From positions 54,312,001-54,376,000 of the forward strand of contig OZ076411.1 of NCBI GenBank assembly GCA_964187785.1: a stretch of DNA of 64,000 nt. Direction: 5' to 3'. Under the pieces are notes generated by a model. The model was not told the DNA's origin. It did not search any database and saw nothing but the letters and a program-made list of their open reading frames with translations. The position numbers and the translations under genes were made by a program. Below are positions 58,029 to 64,000 of this stretch, piece by piece. The number at the start of each line of letters is the position of its first letter. The first letter of the stretch is position 1. This DNA is from Amphiscolops sp. MND2022 (lineage: Eukaryota).

Positions 58029-61000
58029 TGTGATATGAAAATTTGACTGTGAATGACTCAATGGATTTTTTGAATGAGTTTATCAATGAACTTTTCATTT
58101 CAATAAATTTCATGATGACCTTCTCATTCACGACTTATTCACTTTTTTAGTTCTACTTTGCCTTGACTGGTCAGACATTCCTTGCTCTCAATGAATTATG
58201 GACATTATCATATAGACTGAATGTAACAAACTATGATGAATGAACGTTGACATTACTGAATAAACGCAAGAGATTTGTAACTAAACCCACCTATTTCTAA
58301 CATGGCGTCCAACGTGTTCATGGCCCGAATCTACGAAACAACCCTGCAAATCCATTTTGCTCTGCAAAGATACTTTTAGGGGATAAAATTGGGAAACAAT
58401 TTTCAAATTTGTGTTTTGGTATTTTCTGAGGGTGTCTAGTGAGCAAACTTCACCACAGTCTAAATATCCATCACATTTGTCTAAATTTCTTTCCAACAAG
58501 TCCTTCCGCCTTTCCTTTTCCATTCATCCGCTTTTTACTCAAAAAACCCCACTTCAAATCGATAATTTATTTGGAAATACAAAACGATGCCAAACAATAG
58601 TTCCAAACCCAAACCAACGCTCGCTCTTCGCAATTTCCAGTTTGTTCAGATTCGCCACATCCACCATCAAATCAAAACGGCGGTTGATAACCAGGACACT
58701 TTCTTTTGCATCCAAAAAGCCGAAAGTGATATTGAACGTCTTCTTTTAGACGCCCACGAGTCCACTACATACTTGATTGACAATGTGCCTCAGGACACCA
58801 CAGCAGAACAAATAATGAATGATTTCATGGATCTCCAGGATGAATCCTACGCTGTGATGAGACTCTTAAAAGAAACTCAACTTCAGCATACCACGACAAC
58901 TGGGAGCAATTCTCCATCAACCAGCACTGCTGTACCTCCCAACCCACAGTTGTCACCGCAAGTAATAACGGGTTGATCCGACAACAATCAGCACACGTCT
59001 CTGCGCAATGATGTCCAAACGTCAAATGCGAGTTGTCCGAAATTGAGAATTACTCCATTTGACGGTAACCCAATGAACTAGAATCTCTGGTTCGGTTTAT
59101 TCAAAACCTTGATTGATAGTAAACCACTCCACGATGCTGAGAAGATGTTACACTTACAAACGTTGACAGTTGGTCGTGCCAACGAAGCAATTCGCGGCTT
59201 CTCATGTAACAGTTCGATGTACCAGGCTGCTTTAGATGAAATTGAACACCGTTTTGGACGGCCTGACATAATTGTCAACAGTTTCCTTGACAAATTACGT
59301 ACTTTTAAAACGCCAAGTTTCCAAAATCCAACAACATTCATAGAATTCTCCTCGTTTGCGAACAACTTAGTAGAATGTTTCCGTCATTTAGGTTTTGAGA
59401 ACGATCTGAATTCGACAATTTACACTCAAATCGCAGCTGATAAGTTGTCGCTGAATGACCGCCTCCGTTGGAACGAATACATTGTACAAAATCAGATTAC
59501 ACGTGTAACTCTGTTCGATTTCAACCGATGGTTACAATTTGCACTAGCTTGCGATCGGATGCCAAATGTGACGCAATCCAACCGCCCCAGCAACAATATC
59601 GACGACCGTCCTCGTCATAGTGCTCCGTCTTTGCGACCTGACCAACCTAAATGTCCACTCGATAACCAAAACCACTACCTTGGACATTGTGAAACCTTCA
59701 AAGAGATGTCCGCTGGAAGTAGAAAGAAGAAATGCCTTGAACGGAAACGTTGTTTTATTTGCTTGGATACACATACAGTAAAGGAATGTAAAAGTCAATC
59801 TCGATGTAAATCCTGCAACGGTACGCATCATACATTGCTCCATGAGCCTTCATCATCCAATGAGAAACGACACCCTAGTCAATCGTTAACTACCATTGAT
59901 AGCCACAACGCACTCAAAGGAATTAAGCCTTCACAACTACTTCAAGTGCTACCCGTATCTGTGAGTTCGAACTATATTACCCTCAACACGTACGCTCTGC
60001 TCGACATGGGTAGCACCTGCAGTTTTCTTCTTCAGGACTCAGCCGACAAAATCAATCCTTCTTCTCGACTAGCGCAACCAGCCGAGCATATTTTTGTCAA
60101 AGGCATTCATAAATCCGTGGAACTTGAGGTACACCCAGTTAGCGTTCAAGTCAAACGTTTCGCAATGGAGTCCCCTGCCACTGACATCAACAACTTACTT
60201 GTTGTAAACACCCTGAAGTTCGATCACGCGACGCCCGCAGTTTTGAACAATTTGTGTGAGAAGTATAGCCATTTGAACGATTTCACATTTCCATCGTTTT
60301 CCAACAATCAAATCACTATGTTGATAAGAATTCACAACTTCGATTTGATTGTGCCAACTAAAGTTCTCACTGGTCCTCCAAATACACCTAAAGCAGTTGA
60401 ATGTTAACTTGGCTGGAGCAATACTGGACGAAACAATATCAACACGATTTGCACTTCATCAACGACACTTCACGTCTCAGTCCAGTCTGAAGATGATAAA
60501 CCTTCGGATTTGGTGTCCAATTGGTGGCGACTAGAGTCACAAGCCACTTCTCGGGAATTAGCTCCTTCCAAAGATGTCCGCCGCGCCCTAACAATATTGG
60601 AAAAAACGACCAAACATGTCGATGGTCGTTATGAAGTTGGCCTTCTATGGAAGAAAAACGCTGCATTGCCAAATAATTATGCCGCTGCTGTCAGTCATTT
60701 CATCAAAATTAAAGAAAGACTTGAAAATGACAAAAAACTATTCGAACTTTACTCAAAAACAATTTCCGACGACATTGAACGAGGTTTCATCCGCAAAATG
60801 ATCACATTGATATACCTGAAACGGGTTAGCTGCTACCAGAACATCCAGTAACTAATCCCAATAAACCGGGTAAGGTCCGCAGAGTTTCGAATGCTGCCGC
60901 AAAATATCGAGTTGTTTGTCTAAATGACTTGTTTCTAACGGGCCCTGATCTCCTTGCAAATTTAGTAGGCGTGATATTCGAGTTCCGGGAGAAACCAATA

Positions 61001-63380
61001 CCAATCTCTGCTGATATCGAAGCGATGTATATGAAGGTTTCCGTTCGCCCTGAAGATAGAAAATTCTTACGATTTCTCTGGGGGAAAGACGAAGCTCAAA
61101 TGTACGATTATATGCGTCATGTTTTCGGGGCAAAGTGTTCACCAACTTGCGCTAACTACGCCCTGCAAAAATGTGCTTCAGATCAAAAGGAATATTATCC
61201 AGCTGTTCACAGAATAATTCATGAAAACTTTTACATGGATGATTTGTTTCTTTCAGTTGACACAATAGACGAAGCAAAGTCTGTTATCAACGATCTCAGA
61301 AACGCTCTGCGACATGGAGGTTTCAATTTATCAAAATGGGTCAGCACTAACACATATAATCTCAACTGTTTGCCGAGCGATGGACTTAGAGCGCCTCCAG
61401 GTAAACAAATTTCACATGACCGTGTACTTGGTGTGCCTTGGAATTTAAACGAAGACACATTGAGCTCAAAAATGACTCCGATGAACCTCATCAGATGTGA
61501 CATGACACAAAGACAGCTATTGCAGGCAATTTCTTCGATTTTCGATCTTCTTGGAATTGCAACCCCGGTAACTTCCGACTTCGGATGATATTGCAAACTG
61601 TTTGGCGATCAGCAAAGACAAGGGACGAGCCCTTGACGGCTGAAATGTTTCCCTGTTTGAAACAAATTGCCTCTGAATTGGTCTGCTTGCAACCGCTAGC
61701 AATACCGCGACAATACTTCATTAGCGACCAACAGTCAGTAGACCCTCATGTGTTCCTGTGTCGCCTCATACGCCGCTATATGTGCTGTTGCCTACTTTGT
61801 TCTCAATCAAGGTGATACACTTAGTGTTGTTTTCGTCTTCGGAAAAAGCTCGAGTCGCTCCCATTGAACAGCAAACTATTACTAAACTTGAATTGCAAGC
61901 TGCCCTTCTGGGATCACGTATCTGAAAATTTATCTGCCGTGAGCATCGCATCACTTTGTCTCGTACTTTGTTTTGGACCGATAGTAGTACTGTTTTGCAA
62001 TGGATATACGGTTCCGCTAATCGACAGCAATTTTTCGTTGCCAACCGAGTGGCCGAAATTCTTGAAACATCTCAGCCCTGCCAATGGCGACACGTGCCTG
62101 GACTTTTAAATCCAGCTGAAGATGGTACTCGTGGGCTCAAAGTTTCTGATTTTACGGTCTCCTCCCGTTGGTTTACTGGACCTGATTTTCTTGCAAAGAA
62201 AGAAAGTCACTGGCCGGTAAATAACATTCCCACTGCACCATGTACCGAAACGGAGGTATTGTTTTTTGCCAAAGCAGACTCTAGACGTTTTCCAGAACCA
62301 TTATTTGATAGCAACCGTTTCTCTAAATGGAATCGCCTCCTCAGATGTTGTGCCTTTGTTCAGAATGCCATAGCTAAACTCCGAAAAACTTTGTCTACGA
62401 CTGCTACTGCTCTCACCGCCACTGATTTGCAGAACTCCCGCATCATTTTATGCGGGCAACAAAGACATCAAGTCGTAGAATCCATTTTCCTTTTGTTCGT
62501 CGGGTAACCGCTCGGCAAAACTCTCTCCTTTTCTTGATGAAAACGGATTACTTCGATCCCGCAGTCGCCTCGCGAACTCCCAATTTGACTACGCGGTTGA
62601 AAATCCCATTATTTTGGACGCGAAAGATCCACTTGTCAGACTCTTCATTTTTCAAACGCATTGCGACAACCACCACTCAGGCGTTGAACATACTAGAAAT
62701 ACCCCTCAACTGCATTACTGGTTTTTTTTGTCGCGCTGTTCTCAGGCAGGTAATAAATGCTTGTCATGCTTGTCGGCGTCAGAAAGCCGCCGGTCTTCCA
62801 CCTCAAATGGCAGATCTTCCCCTGTGCAGGTTTCCTACCGATAAACCGTTTCCGTTCCTTCATTGTGGTCTGGATATTTTTGGTCCTTTTCCAGTTTTCA
62901 ATTAATCCACGAATCCAGTGCATCAGAAGCGCTATGGACTCTTGATCACTTGCTTGATAACCAGAGCGGTCCACGTGGAATTAACATACAGGCTGTCTGC
63001 GGACTCCTTCATAAATAGTTTCCGACGTTTCGTCTCTCGTCTAGGATGCCCTCGTAGCATAAAGTCTGACAGGGCCACCAATTTTGTGGGTGCTAACAAA
63101 AGTTTGAATGAAGCCATCAAAGTCCTGAACTCTTTCGATATTGCCAATTTTTTTGCAGTCAAGGAAATTCATTGGGAATTCAATGCCGCCTCAGCACCAC
63201 ATTTTGGCGGTGTTTGGGAGCGCCTGATTCGGTCATTCAAAGACTCTATGTATTTTGTCATTGGCTCAAAAATGCTGACAGATGAAATTCTTTTGGCAGT
63301 TTTTGCTGAAGTCGAAAGCTTTCTCAACGCACGACCTTTGACGTATGTCTCTTCTGATCCTGAAGATATTGAGTCACTTA
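58029..63380 (+). mobile_element. BEL/Pao LTR retrotransposon, copy 2
   Basis: Duplicate of 49424-54775. Confidence 0.93.
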
Positions 63381-64000
63381 TTGAGTCACTTGAAGATACA
63401 TATTTCTCCGCTATGAAATGAGTTGCCTTATTTGATAAAGCTGTTTTGAGAAACGGACTTTCCCATGCAAAAATGGCGGAACGCGAGTAGAAGTTAATTA
63501 TATATTAGATCTGTCACAAATTTTCCAACATCACTGAATGGTAGTGCTGAGTTGATACGATAGCTTTGTAGCTCTGGTTTGTTTGGGTATCTGTAACTTT
63601 TGCTGTATATTCGACGGCAGGTATTGCGTTTTCTGATAACTTGTTGGGTGAAACTTCTTCCTCTGGGTAATCAGAAGGTGTAGTACCAGGTGTATTAAAA
63701 TTGTTCTAGTTCTGGAGTGTGGAGTTCTCACATGACAGTCTTCCATCATAAGATTTGTTAAATGGTTCTGGGTTAGCAGTATGGGTTGTTTTGTTCAAGT
63801 GATAAAATGCTCCAATTTCGCAAACGTCCTCGACATCAGAAGACGCCTTGTTGATCGATGGCGAGTCCGAGACTCCCGTTGGTTTTTTTTCTAGGACGTA
63901 TCAGTTTAATTGCTTCAGGGTAAGATGGTTCTTGTGATTGACAAATGATGTTAGTGATGTCGAAGAGTAGAGAGTGATCTCCTTTCTTCCGTTCGAGTGA

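Larger units (their letters stand above)
49348..64000. repeat. Tandem segmental duplication, period ~8605 bp (unit 49348-57952; copy 2 from 57953 runs off the window)
   Basis: All ORFs recur at +8605/+8607 (49676/58281, 50504/59109, 54311/62918); about 99% identical by eye, with shared stops and frameshifts. Confidence 0.97.

Overview
Eukaryotic, intron-containing, AT-rich and transposon-dense DNA; the BEL/Pao, Gypsy, Copia, CR1/L2, RTE, CRE, hAT, Tc1 and MULE repertoire suggests an invertebrate animal. Three conserved host genes lie on the + strand: EIF2B3 (2 exons), SYS1 (3 exons, probable GC-AG intron) and TMBIM6/BI-1 (6 exons). The rest is nested, mostly dead transposons plus three kb-scale tandem duplications (periods ~5311, ~2333 and ~8605 bp) whose junctions carry short templated repeats. 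The two most unusual items are (1) an A-B-A-B-A array immediately upstream of EIF2B3 carrying an intronless stand-alone JmjC dioxygenase ORF (Fe-binding HxD...H intact) converging on a small unknown ORF, and (2) an RT-less Gypsy-type LTR element carrying an SGNH/GDSL hydrolase upstream of gag. Family calls come from manual motif recognition, and identities and counts are by-eye estimates; no database search was run.
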